A stretch of 64,000 nt of DNA from Chiloscyllium plagiosum (Eukaryota): the NCBI RefSeq assembly GCF_004010195.1, contig NC_057718.1, forward strand, positions 34,800,723 through 34,864,722, read 5' to 3'. Shown here in pieces: positions 26,235 through 39,170 of this stretch. A program made the translations under genes and the position numbers. Every line of letters begins with the position of its first letter. The first letter of the stretch is position 1. The notes under the pieces were generated by a model. That model ran no database searches, had not been told where the DNA came from, and saw only the letters and a list, made by a program, of their open reading frames with translations.

Positions 26235-27182
26235 AGTTATAAAGAAAGGTGGGATAGGCTGGGACGTTTTTTCACTGGAGCATAAGAGGTTGAGAGGTGA
26301 CCTGATAAAAGTTTATAAAATAATGAGAGGAAGAGATAAAGTTAATAGTCGTTGTGTTTTCCTTGAGATGGGAAAGTTCAAGAATTTTAGGTGAGAGGGG
26401 AGAGATTAAATAAAAACATAAGAGGCACTTTTTTTACACAGAGGCTGGTTTGAATGTGGAATGAACTTCCTGAGGAAGTGGTGGATGCGGGTACAATTAC
26501 AACATTTGAAAGGCTTTTGGATAGATACATAATAGGAAAGGTTTGGAGGGATATGGGCCAGGAGCAGGCAGGTGGGATTAGTTCAGTTTGAAATTATATT
26601 CGGCATGAACTGGTTGGATGAAATGTCCTGTTTCTGTGCTGTATGACTCAATTCTGGTCTCCTTCCTATCAGAAAGGTGTTGTGAAACTTGAAAGGGTTC
26701 TGAAAAGATTTACAAGATGTTGCCAGGGTTGGAGGATTTGAGCTATAGGGAGAGGCTGAATAGGCTGGGCTGTTTTCTCTGGAGCGCCAGAGGCTGAGGG
26801 GTGATCTTATAGAGGTTTAGAAAATCATGAGGGGCATGGAAAGGGTAACTAGACAAGGTCTTTTCCCTGGAGTGGGGGAGTCCAGAAATTCAGGGCATAG
26901 GCTTAGGGTGAGAGGGGACAGATATAGAAGAGCCTGAAAGGGCAACTTTTTCACACAGAGGGTGGTGCATGTGTAGAATGAGCTGCCAGAGGAACTGGTG
27001 AAGACTGGTACAATAATTATATTTAAAATGCATCTGGATGGATATATGAATAGGAAGGGTTTAGAAGGATATGGGCCAAGTGCTGGCAAAGGAGACCAGA
27101 TTAGGTTGGGATATCTGGTCGGCGTGGATGAGTTGGACAGAAGGGTCTGTTTCCGTGTTGTATATCTCTATGACTCTATGAC
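26235..27182 (+). mobile_element. Two adjacent 5'-truncated CR1 3' ends (26235-26650 and 26650-27182)
   Basis: Two copies of LRGDLI.V and GCTGTATGACTC / (TATGACTC)n tails. Confidence 0.9.
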
Positions 27183-29194
27183 TGCGTTAGCACCTCCTGA
27201 CACATTCGTGCAAGGTGATTGGTTACTTAACACAAGAAAGGCTTAGTGAGAAATGCAATTATACTCCCTGTGTAAATGCAGTCCTGCCCTACTCAAGAAG
27301 GTCAGCAATACATTTTATCCTTCAATGTATTGAATGGACTTTATTTTGATGGTGAAGTGGAGCTCAGAGCACCAGCAGCAATATAATTGAGTTTCCATAA
27401 TGTTTCTACATAACATAATTTTGACAAGTCCCTTCGCAGAAACTCAACTGTACGTCTGTCTGTCGAGTTAAGAGCTTTTGCTGTGTGTAGAACTGTCAAA
27501 GGCACCCATTGAGATCTGTCAATGGCAACATTTAAGCTGTTTTAGTGGAATGTCAGTGATGTGTTTATATTATATCACAGTTTGAAGTTCTTTTGCTTGT
27601 ACTGTCACACAAATATGATGTAAAATTATTCACATCTTGTACTTTATAGGACTGCTGTATTTTTATGCTGCTTATTGGCTAGGTTATATGTCAAAAGAAA
27701 CAGAGATGGCAAGAACTGAGTGGGTGGGATGTTAAAATTGTTCTCATTATATGTCAGCATTGGAGAGTACATACAACTGCACTGATGGGCAAGGCAGTGA
27801 TTCTGAAAGAGTTAATCTTGAAGCTGCTTGAAACTCCACCCAACCCGATGATGTCACAGAGTCTTTGGTTACTGAAGAGGCAGCTGAGCTTAAAGTCCCA
27901 ATGGAAACATTTGTGACACTTTCAGCTCCTGATACTCCTTGTAATTATGCCTAAATAGTCAATCTAACTTGTATCTATTGCTATCAAGCAATAAATTTGT
28001 TCTTGTTTTATAAGACAATTTCCCCTTCTTATTTTGATTCAGTAATGGTTTATCCTATACCACTGCTAATTTATGTAGCTAAAGAGGATTGGTGGCAGCA
28101 CTCTACCCTGACCATGAGTCACTTGTGGATAGTACTGCAACATCTAACACTGGTCTGGTGAAGCTTTACTCTACTCAACTGATAAGGTGGTGCAAACCTT
28201 GAGCCAAAGCCTCCAGTGTCCTATTTTATGGATACATGAGTCCTGATCATGCCATTGGCACTTGACTGTAATTTTAACTTGACAGCATGAATGGGAAACC
28301 ACATTATTTGTCAGGCAAATCTGATGGCAAAATGGACTGAGGACAGGGGAAACCAACAGAGGGAAGATTTTACTTAACTGTGGAGCAATAGAGGGAGTAG
28401 AGGTTGCTCCTTCAATTATAATATACCATGACAGGTGAGGCCACCTCTATGGTGGATCTCTTTCCAGTATGCCCAAATACAAAGATTCCAACAGGATGGA
28501 TCAGACAACTAGCTGATCACTCTGGTTCCCTAGTATTGGTGGACAGTCCCTGAGCTGTGAAACTTTATAGAATCATTGAATCTCTACTGTGTGGAACTGG
28601 AAATCATCATCTTCTCACCCTAAATGTGTGAATGCCAAGCAATGGCATTTAATATAGGAGCCTGGGCCTTATTCAGAAGCAGAAGTTGAGTTTCTAACCA
28701 AATGAGCTGCTCACCTATTCAACATTAAAGTCAGGCTGGGATATTTTGATAAAGGAGTACTATTTTGATGATGAAATAATTTACACTGATTCATTTCTCT
28801 AGATCATCATCTCACATTTACAATCACAAATAAATGCTCAGCTAATTGAACTGAGATCGACTGCCACTTGGAACACTAATCACAGCATGATTAGTTGAAT
28901 CAGCATCCAAAGCCACATCCACAATCCCCTGTCCTCGATTCCAGTCTATCTGGGTCTACCATTTCTCTGACTCTTGTCTCTTTTGCATGACTGTCGGATG
29001 ACCAAGGTTGGGAACTAAACATTCTACAGTATTCAAACTTTGGGAAAGGCAGGAAAAAATGAAAATGAAGTGGGTGACATTGAAAGCTGAAATCATTATG
29101 ATGGTGGAAAAGGATATTAACACAGGTCATATAGGTGTAGAATCAGGCTAGGTGGCGATAAGAAACAAAAAGAGCAAAAAATATGTTGTTTTGT

Positions 29195-29347
29195 CGCCAT
29201 AGTCTTATCAGACTATAGGAGCTGCTCTCTCTGCTGGTGATTTAACCTGAGGGCCACCAGATTTCAGGCGAGGGAAGAGTTGAGAATGAGAGTCCTTCAT
29301 GGTAACCTCAAACCAGTGATGGGAATTTAACCCATGCTGTTGGCGTC
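29195..29347 (-). mobile_element. Short tRNA-derived SINE; plus-strand homologue at ~48700-48886
   Basis: Shared CTCGCCTGA..TGGTG.CCCTCA..T.AAA and GAGAGAGCAGCTCC.ATAGT blocks. Confidence 0.6.
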
Positions 29348-31640
29348 TGTAGAGTGAGTTGTCTATAGGTCTGCAGGCAGTAGAGGAAAATTGGGATATT
29401 GCGTTAAACAAGGAATTAGTAATGCACATAACAAGGGTGATGTAGTAATCATGGTGATTTATATCTGCATATAGAGTGGGCAAACCACATCAGCAATAAT
29501 TTTGTGGCAGATGAAGAACTGGAGTATATACAAGATGTCTTTTTAGACCAGTACGTTGAGGAACCAATTCGGGAACAGGTTATTCTAATTTTGGTTTTAT
29601 CCAAAGAGACAAGGTTAATGAGGAATCTTGCTGTGAGAGGTCCTTTAGGAAAACGTGACCACAACATGATAATTTTTTTCATTGAGATAGATAGTAAAGT
29701 AGTCCAATCTGAAACTAGAGTCCTAACACAAGAAACTACAAAGGTAAGAAGGGTGAATTGGCTTGGATAAGGTAACTGCATTAGAAGATGCAACAACGAA
29801 TAGGCAATGGTTGAATGACTGCATGCATTGTGTTGGGGAGATTTCACTGGGGTGTTTAATGTAGGGCTAGGGAGGGTGACACTAGTTCTGCAACAGACAC
29901 TTCTAGTTCCAGCCCTGAAATGGTTAACAACAGCCAAGCGAGCTGCTGCAGGCGACTGCATGACTACCTGGCTGGAGCTTGTAAGGGATATGCATAATGT
30001 TAATTAAATCTTGGAGCCTGTAAATACCAGCCAGTATCAATTGCCCCATCGAAACTCGGGATTAATAAAGAAACCGATCGGAATCTGTAACTGTTAGACA
30101 AGTGTGAATTGCTCTATCGGAACCTGTAACTGTTAAGTGTGAATGGCTCTATTTAAGTCTAAAGTTGATAAGTGTAATTGTCAATTTAGTTAAACTGAAA
30201 CTATTGAAAATGGCTAGCCTGTTAGACGCATAGTAATTCCTTGAAACAATGAACTATTGAATACGGGATCGGAACCGCTCCCGGGGATGGCTGAGCCATT
30301 GTCAAGCACAGCAGGAGCTGGACAGGCACTTCGATGCGGCCAATAGGAGGACGGATCCTCAGCGCGTGCAGATGAATGGACCAATGGGGAAGGCGAGCTC
30401 CAGGCAGCGCGAAGTATAATTGTGTCAAGTTTGAACGAGAAGGGAGAACGCCTTCTCCAACGAATGCATGCTTGTAGATTCGTTGTACCAGTTAAGATTC
30501 TGTGAATAAACTGCTGTCTGCGTCTAACCATAGTTGCCAGTGTGAGTCTCTCCTTCCGAAAGAACACGCAAAGACGGGACCCCGCGGGTCCGTCTTAACA
30601 ATTGCAAGAAATATATATATTCCTTTTGGGCAAAAGAATATGACTGGAAAAGCAACTAAAACTTGGCAAATGAAATTAACTAACAGGTCATGAGAGGAGT
30701 CATATAAAGTTGCTGGATAAATTAGCAAGCCTATGCACTGTGAAAAGTATAGAAATCAACAAAAGGTAGACCAAGATGTTAATTAAGAGAGGAAATATAG
30801 AGTATGAGAGTAAACTTGCAAGGTACTTAAAAGCGTACTCTAAGACTTTTTATAACTATGCAAAAAGAGAAAGATTCATGCAAGCAAGTGCAGGTTACTT
30901 ACAATCTGAAATAGGAAAATTGATAATGGAAGAGAAGGAAATGTAGGAGCAATAAAACAATTATTTTAGTTCTGTCTTCAAATAGGAAGATAGAAATAAT
31001 TTTCCAGAAATGAAATGGAAGTAGGGGTCTACTCAGAATTGAAAGAAATTAGTATTTGTAAAACAAACATTAATGGGACTGCAAGCTCCTCAGATGCTGC
31101 CTGACCTGCTGTGCATTTCCAGTACCACTCTAATGTAGACTCTAATCTCCAGCATCGCAGTCCTCACTTTCGTCTAATAATCCCCATCCCAATGTATTAG
31201 AGGAGGTGACCAGTGAAATAGTGGATGCATCGGTTGGAAACCATTGGTGTACAAAGAACATCAACACATTGGTCAAAGAAAGCAAGCCTATAGTGTAGCA
31301 AGCGCTTAAGAAAACAAATGCTGTCATAGAATCCTATAGTACAGAAAAGGCCCAACAGCCAATTGAGCCAGCTTCGGCAAAACCGCTCTAAATCTACACC
31401 ATTTCCACTTACCAGCACTTAGTCCATCACATTGGGTGTTATGACATTACAAGTGCTCATCCAAGTGCTTTTTAAAGGTTATGAGATGTGAGGTTTCCTG
31501 CGTCAACTCCCATCCTGGCAGTATTTTGGCCTTCATTGCAGGGCGATCAAGGAAGTCTTAATGCTGTTGTACCTCACCTGGAGCATTGTATGCAGTTTTG
31601 TATTCTTTACCTCAGAGGGAATTGAGGGAATTCAGTGAAA
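29348..31640 (+). mobile_element. Old CR1 ORF2, fragmented and host to the solo LTR
   Basis: DVFLDQYVEEPIREQVIL.LVL...GPLGKRDHNMI.F endonuclease motif and KTFYNYAKRER tether motif. Confidence 0.8.
29831..30600 (+). mobile_element. Solo LTR, 770 bp, 4-bp TSD ATTG
   Basis: TGTT...AACA termini with ATTG at 29827-29830 and 30601-30604. CCAAT at 30340 and 30381, TATAAT at 30415, AATAAA at 30505. CpG-rich. Confidence 0.9.
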
Positions 31641-31654
31641 GTTCACTGGACTGA

Positions 31655-32545
31655 TACAAAAACAGGAGACACTCAACAGTCCTGACAGCAACTGCACAGA
31701 GAAAATCAGAGTTAATGTTTCGAGTCCAGTGACCTTTTCACAGAGCTGAAAGCAGCTGTGAAATAGTGGTATTTATGCTGATGATGGGTGGATGTGGGGG
31801 AGGGGGGATGTGGGTGGCAAGAGGAAGGGATCAGTCAAATAGACAGAGATGGCGACGAGAAAGAGTGTGAGAGAGATGAAGAAAAAGAGAAGCAGGCAAA
31901 AGGGGAGGTGTCGGGAATGGAGGAGACTTGGGCCAGAGTATCCCAAAGAGAATGGTCACTGCAGAAGGCTGACAAGGGAGATGAGGGAGAATAAGTACCT
32001 GGTGGTGGCATCACATTGGAGGTGTTGGTAACGGTGACATAGCATCCTTTGGATGAGGAGGCCGGTGGGGCAGAACGTGAACACTGGGGCATTCTATCAT
32101 TGTTGTAGGAGAAAAGGGAAGGGAAGGCATGAGGACAAAAGTGCAGAGGGCCACCCATGGCTGAGGGCCCTATTGATCACAGCGCGGGAAATTCTCATGT
32201 GGACATTTCTGAGGCGCCCTCCCTTGCAGAAGGGGCATGATCAGAACAGATGCAATGGAAATGGAGAAACTGGGAAATGGGATGGAGTCTTTGTAGGAAG
32301 CAGAGTGTGAGGATGTATAGACAAGGTAACTGTGGGAGTTGGTGGGTTTGTAATGGATATCGGTGGCCAGCCTATGCCCAGAAATGCAAACAGAGATGTC
32401 AAGAAAGGGAAAGGAGGAGTCAGAAATGAACCCCGTGAAGGTGACAACAGAGTGGAAATTGGAAGCAAAATTGATTAATAGATGAGAGGGAAAGCAGCAC
32501 CAATGCTGTCATCGAAATATGGAGAAGGAGTTGTGGAGAGGGAAC
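31655..32545 (-). mobile_element. Old Penelope-like element fragment
   Basis: Terminal block CAGAGTTAATGTTTCGAGTCCAGTGACC and a decayed RT C-terminal region (PSPLSAFCSDHSLWDTL). Confidence 0.65.
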
Positions 32546-34465
32546 TGACTAATACTGATTCCTACAATATGTTTGTTGTACGAGGAGGGATCACATGTAT
32601 TCTGTGGAATTTATAAAAATTAGAGGGGATCTCATTGAGACATAAAATACTGATGAGGTTAGACAATCTTGGTGTAGAGTTGATATTTCCCCTGGGCTGG
32701 CTCCTTTCATGACTTCAGGTTATTTTAAAGAGATTCACAGCCAATAAACATATATGGCAATAAAAATGCTCAGAGTGAGGGCAGACAAACAAAAAAAAAG
32801 CTAAATTACCAGATAATCATCTTTAGTGTTGTTTGTTTAAGGACAGCTATCAGTTATGACATCAGAAGAACTCTTTGGCTTGTCTTCTGATAGAGGTGTG
32901 ATACCTTTTATGATCACCATGGAAAAAAGCTGTACTCAAACTACAATAGGACAGTGTGGCAATTTTCACAAAGTACCGTGTGTTTGTGTGTGTCCTGGAG
33001 TGATAAGTAGAAGAAATGTTTGGTCAATATTAATATGTCAATATAAAGCATTCATTCCAAAGTTTGTGTACAGTGAATACCTATTTGTTCTAAAAGGAAA
33101 GACCTTTCCAAATCTCCTGTGTGATATAGCATTTCTTGTTAGTTAACAAAAGATTTCCCTCGAGTGTAAAGATACAACATAGTCAGTACTCTAACTGCTT
33201 CCATAGTTTAAAAAGCTAGAGTTTCCTGCTATGAAGACTCATGGTTACAGGGCCTCAACTGTTTATCTGCCTGTCCTTTAAAAGCTATAGTATTACTTCA
33301 TGGGGGATGAAGTTGCTGAACCTGTAGTGAACACAAATAAAACTTCTGGTTCCAATTTCAAAATTAGTCAAAATAGATGTCTAAATTCTTAATCACTAAC
33401 TTCCGGGTGTTTAGTCTATTCACTGACTGTAACAATTATTAAGTTCTGAAGATAATTTTTCAAATGATTTTTAAAGTTTAGCAACAGGGCATTTTTAGAA
33501 ATGGAACACAAATTTTAGATCTGCTGTTTGCTCTCCTATCACCTCAAATCCTCCGTATTATAGGACAACACAGGTCACACAGAATGCTCCATATCTTCTA
33601 TCTTCCCTGTGATGTATTTATACTGAAACTCTAGCCACTCCAAATTAACAGATACTGGTTATTATATTCATTACACCCAGCTCTCTTTAAAAACATGTGA
33701 AATATTTCTTAGCCTTGCCAGGTAATCTCTGATAGAAGTATTTTTATTTTTTGCAGTAATTTTTCTAAAAAATGCTGATCTTAATTATGCTGTCTTTGGT
33801 ATGTAGTGGTAATATAACTGGAATAGAATTCCAAATACCTGGATTTATGACTCAGGAATACAGGTTGAAATCCCCAACATTTCAACTGGGGAATTTCAAC
33901 TCAATCAATCAAATAAATCTGGATTGAAGAGCTAATGTCAGTGTTGGTAACCATGATACCACTAGACTGTCATAAAGACCCATCTGGTTCACTGATATCC
34001 TTTACGGACAGAAATCTGCTGTCCTTAACTAGATTGGCCTGTTTGTGACTCCAGACTCAATGTAATATGGTGGACTCCTAACGCCTCTCTGAAGTGGCCC
34101 AGCAAGCCAGTCAATGAGGGCAGTTAAGATTTTCACTAAATGCCAGCAACATGCCCATGAGGATTTATAAAATCAGGATTATACCACATTTCATTCCACA
34201 AAGATAGACATATGTTTCTTTTAAGGAAACCTGTCAAATCTACCTCTCGTCATTCTCTCTTCTTACATTCAAATGTTTAATGGTTTAATCAATATCACTG
34301 AACAGGGGTCAGGGTCAGATCATCTTGACTAGCTAATATTGTGGAACATGTGCGAATGAATCGTTAACCCATTTCAGCTTTCACCAATAGACAATAGGTG
34401 CAGGAGTAGGCCATTCTGCCCTTCGAGCCAGCACCACCATTCATTACGATCATAGCTGATCATCC

Positions 34466-36957
34466 TCAATCAGTATCCTGTTCCTGCCTTATCCCCATAA
34501 CCCTTGATTCCACTATCCTTAAGAGCTCTATCCAACTCTTTCTTGAAAGTATCCAGAGACTTGGCCTCCACAGCCTTCTGGGCAGAGCATTCCATACACC
34601 CACCACTCTCTGGGTGAAGAAGTTTCTCCTCAACTCTGTTCTAAGAGGCCTACCCCTTATTTTTAAACTGTGTCTTCTGGTTCGGGACTCACCCATCAGT
34701 GGAAACATGCTTCCTGCCTCCAGAGTGTCTAATCCTTTAATAATCTTATACGTCTTAATCAGGTCCCCTCTCAGCATTCTAAACTCAAGCGTATACAAGC
34801 CCAGTCACTCCAATCTTTCAGCGTAAGATAGTCCCGCCATTCCGGGAATTGACCTCGTGAACCTACGCTGCACTCCATCAACAGCAAGAATGCCTTTCCT
34901 CAAATTTGGAGACCAAAACTGCGAACAATATTCCAGGTGCGGTCTCACCAGGGCCCTGTACAGCTGCAGAAGGACCTCTTTGCTTCTATACTTAATTCCT
35001 CTTGTTATGAAGGCCAGCATGCTATTAGTTTTCTTCACTGCCTGCTGTACCTACATGCTTGCTTTCATTGACTGATGTACAAGAACACCTAGATCTCGTT
35101 GTACTGCCCCTTTACCTAACTTGACTCCATTTAGGTAGTAATCTGCCTTCCTGTTCTTGCCACCAAAGTGGATAACCACACATTTATCCACATTAAACTG
35201 CATCTACCATGCGTCCGTCCACTCACCCAGCCTGTCCAGGTCACCCTGTATTCTCCTAACATCCTCCTCACATTTCACCTTGCCACCCAGCTTTGTGTCA
35301 TCAGCAAATTTGCCAATATTATTTTTAATACCTTCATCTATATCTTTAATGTACATTGTAAAAAGCTGTGGTCCCAGCACTGCTCTCTGCGGCACACCAC
35401 TGGTCACCGCCTGCCATTCCAAAATGGAGCCGTTTATCACTACTCTTTGTTTCTTGTCAGCCAACCAATTTTCAATCCATGTCAGTATTTTGCCCCTAAT
35501 ACCATGTGCCCTAATTTTGCTCACTAACCTCCTATGTGGGACTTTATCAAAGGCTTTCTGAAAGTCCAGGTATACTACATCCACTGGATCTCCCTTGGCC
35601 ATCTTCAGAGTTACATCCTCAAAAAAATCCAGAAGATTAGTCAAGCATGATTTCCCCTTCATAAATCCATGCTGACTCTGACCTATCCTGTTATTGCTCT
35701 CCAGATGTGTCGTAATTTTGTCCTTTATAATTGACTCCAGCATTTTTCCCACCACTGAGGTCAGACTAACTGGTCTATAATTCTGTTTTCTCTCTCCCTC
35801 CTTTCTTAAAAGGTGGGACAACATTAGCCACCCTCCAATCCGCAGGAACTGATCCTGAATCTATAGAACATTGGAAAATGACCACCAATGCATCCACGAT
35901 TTCTAGAGCCACCTCCTTCAGTACCCTGGGATGTAGACCATCAGGTCCCGGGGACTTATCAGCCTTCAGACCTAACAGTCTCTCCAACACCATTTCCTGC
36001 CTAATATAAATTCCCTTCAGTTCAGGTCCTTCAGCCACTATTACATCTGGGAGATTGCTCATTTCTCTCCCAGTGGAGACAGATCTAAAGTACCAAGTCA
36101 ACTCTTCTGCCATTTCTTTGTTCCCTGTGATAAATTCACCTGTTTCTGTCTTCAAGGGCCCAATTTTAGTCTTAACCATATTTTTTTTTTCTTTTCACAT
36201 ACCTAAAAAAGCCTTTACTATCCTCCTTTATATTTTTGGCCACTTCACCTTATTTTTTCCTTGCGTATTTCCTTTTCAGTTATCCTCTGTTGTTCTTTAA
36301 AAGCTTCCCAGTCCTCCGATTTCCCACTCATCTTTGCTGTGTTATACTTTTTCTCTTTTGTCTTTATATGGTCCTTAACTTCCCTCGTCAGTCACTGCCA
36401 CCCCTGCCTCCCCTTAGGATCTTTCTTCCTCTTTGGAATGAACTGATCCTGTACCTTCTGCATTATACCCAGAAATACCTGTCATTGTTGTTCCACTGCC
36501 ATCTCTGCTAGGGTATTGCACCATTGAACTTTGGCCAGCTCCTCCCTCATAGCTCCATAGTTCTCCTTATTCAACTGAAATATTGTCACTTCCAATTCTA
36601 TCCTCTCCCTTTCAAACTGCAGATTAAAGCATATTGTATTGTGGTCACTACCTCCTAATGGCTCCTTTACTTCGACATCCCTGATCAAATCCGGTTCATT
36701 GCACAACACCAGATCCAGAATTGCTTTCTCCCTGGTAGACTCCAGGACAAGCTGTTCTAAGAATCCAGCTTCGAGGCACTCCACAAACTCCCTTCCTTGG
36801 GGTCCAGTACCATCCTGATTCTCCCAGTCTACCTGCATGTTGAAATCCCCCATAACAACTGTAGTAATATCTTTGCGACAGGCCGATTTTAGCTCCTTAT
36901 TCAACTTACACACTACATCCAGGCTACTGTTTGGGGGCCTGTAGATAACTCCCATTA
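34466..36957 (-). pseudogene. CR1 ORF2 (APE endonuclease and reverse transcriptase), frameshifted
   Basis: GVIYRPP, VMGDFN, GSDHN, NYRPVSLTSVVGKMLE, QHGF, YLDFQKAFDKVPH, SGVPQ, KFADDTKL, LVRPHLEYC and RNFFTQRVVGVWNALP, spread over several ORFs. Confidence 0.95.
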
Positions 36958-37158
36958 NNNNNNNNNNNNNNNNNNNNNNNNNNNNNNNNNNNNNNNNNNN
37001 NNNNNNNNNNNNNNNNNNNNNNNNNNNNNNNNNNNNNNNNNNNNNNNNNNNNNNNNNNNNNNNNNNNNNNNNNNNNNNNNNNNNNNNNNNNNNNNNNNNN
37101 NNNNNNNNNNNNNNNNNNNNNNNNNNNNNNNNNNNNNNNNNNNNNNNNNNNNNNNNNN
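36958..37158. other. Assembly gap (N run)
   Basis: Run of N. Confidence 1.
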
Positions 37159-37245
37159 ATTGTTGCCATGTTCCTAACCTCCCTACACTCCAGGTTCTGC
37201 ACCCTAAAGCTACAGTCTGGGTTCCCATGCCCCTGCAGAGTTAGT

Positions 37246-38076
37246 TTAAACCCCCCCCCCCAGAGCACTAGCAAACCTCCCACCAAGGGTACTGGTGCCC
37301 CTCAGGTTCAGGTGTAGACCATCCTGTTTATAGAGGTCCCACCTTCCCCAGAAGGAACCCCAGTTATCCAAATACCGGAATCCCTCCCTCTTGCACCATC
37401 CCTGTAGCCACGCATTTAACTGTTCTCTCTCCCTATTCCTCGACTCTCTATCACGTGGCACGGGTAACAAACCAGAGACAACAACTCTGTTCGTTCTAAC
37501 TCTGAGCTTCCAACCTAGCTCCCTGAAAGCCTGTCTAACATCCTCAGCCCTCTTCCTACCTACGTCATTGGTGCCAACGTGGACCATGACTTCGGGCTGC
37601 TCCCCCTCAAGGACCCGGAAAACACAATCAGAGACGTCACGTACCCTTGCACCTGGGAGGCAACATACCAAACGTTCGCCTCTCTCGCCCCCACAAAACC
37701 GCCTATCTGTGCCCCGAACTATCGAGTCCCCAATAACTATTGCTCTGCTCTTCTCCACCCTTCCCTTTTGAGCAACAGGGACAGGCTCCGTGCCAGATGC
37801 CTGAACCCCATTGCTTACCCCTGGTAAGTCGTCCCCCCCACAAGTATCCAAAACGGTATACTTGTTCTTGAGGGGAACGGCCGCAGGGGGTCCCTGCACT
37901 AGCTGCTTCCTCCCAGTCCCCCTCACTGTCTCCCGTGTGTCTGCAATCTTTGGAGTTACTACTTCCCTAAAGCTCCGATCTATGACCCCCTCTGCCTCCC
38001 AAATGATCCCAAGTTCATCCAACTCCAGCTCCAGTTCCCTAACACGAGGAGCTGGAGATGGGTGCACTTCCTGCAA
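37246..38076 (-). CDS. CR1 ORF1 protein, coiled coil plus SGNH/GDSL esterase domain (276-aa open frame; original N-terminus probably disrupted)
   Basis: IVIGDSIVRG (block I), CLPGARV (II), HVGTNDVG (III) and DGLHLN (V). Confidence 0.85.
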   Translation of the reverse strand: MQEVHPSPAPRVRELELELDELGIIWEAEGVIDRSFREVVTPKIADTRETVRGTGRKQLVQGPPAAVPLKNKYTVLDTCGGDDLPGVSNGVQASGTEPVPVAQKGRVEKSRAIVIGDSIVRGTDRRFCGGERGERLVCCLPGARVRDVSDCVFRVLEGEQPEVMVHVGTNDVGRKRAEDVRQAFRELGWKLRVRTNRVVVSGLLPVPRDRESRNREREQLNAWLQGWCKREGFRYLDNWGSFWGRWDLYKQDGLHLNLRGTSTLGGRFASALGGGV

Positions 38077-38204
38077 GTGTAATCAGCAGGGATGTCCATG
38101 GCATCCTTCACCTCAAACATGTTGCAAGAGGAACATTGCACTGCCTTCACTGCCATCCCTCTAAAAGTAACCTTTTAAAAAAAAAACTAGGTCTAAAGAA
38201 TAGA

Positions 38205-39170
38205 ACAAGCTATGTTATACTTTTTCCCTTTTGTCTTTATATGCTCCTTAAGTTCCTTGATCAGCCACGGCCACCCCTGCCTTCCCTTAGGATCTTTCTT
38301 CCTTTTTGGAATGACCTGATCCTGCATCTTCTGCATTATACCCAGAATTACCTGCCATTGTTGCTCCACTGCCATCCCTGCTAGGGTATTGCACCATTGA
38401 ACTTTGGCCAGCTCCTCCCTTATAGCTCCATAGTTCCCTTTATCCAACTGAAATACTGTCACTTCCGATTGTACCATCTCCCTTTCAAACTGCAGATTAA
38501 AGCTTATTGTATTGTGGTCACTACCTCCTAATGGCTCCTTTACTTCGAGGTCCCTGATCAAATCCAGTTCACTGCACAATACCAGATCCAGAATTGCCTT
38601 CTCCCTGGTAGGGTCCAGCACCAGCTGTTTTAAGAATCCATCTCTGAGGCACTCCACAAAGTCTCTTTCTTGGGGTCCAATACCATTCTGATTCTCCCAG
38701 CCTACCTGCATGTTGAAATACCCCATAACAACTGTAGTAATATCTTTGCGATAGGCCAATTTCAGCTCCTTATTCAACTTACACACTACCTCCAGGCTAC
38801 TGTTTGGGGGCCTGTAGATAACTCCCAGTAGGGTCTTTCTACCCTTAGAATTTCTCAGCTCTATCCATACTGACTACATCCCCTGATACTAGGTGCCTCC
38901 TTGCAAGGGACTGAATATCACTCCTTACCAACAGGGCCACCCCACCCCCTCTGCCAGTCAGTCTGTTCTTACGATAGCCTTGAATATTCATTTCCCAGGC
39001 CCTGTCCACTTGAAGCCACATCTCAGTTATCTCCACAACATCGTAACTGCCAATTTCCAAATGAGCCTCAAGCTCATCCACCTTATTTCTAATGCTTCAT
39101 GCATTCATATACAATATTCTTAATTTGCTACTCCCCTCACCCTTCCTATCAATCCCTATTTTGCTTGACC
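38205..39170 (-). mobile_element. Second CR1 endonuclease segment of the same family
   Basis: MDELEAHLEIGSYDVVEITE.WL, RGGGVALLV and GSDHNTISF. Highly similar to 36330-36957. Confidence 0.9.

Larger units (their letters stand above)
34385..38160 (-). mobile_element. Near full-length young CR1 LINE
   Basis: 3' tail CAATAGACAATAG, ORF2 endonuclease and RT in frameshifted pieces, and ORF1 esterase. Confidence 0.95.
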
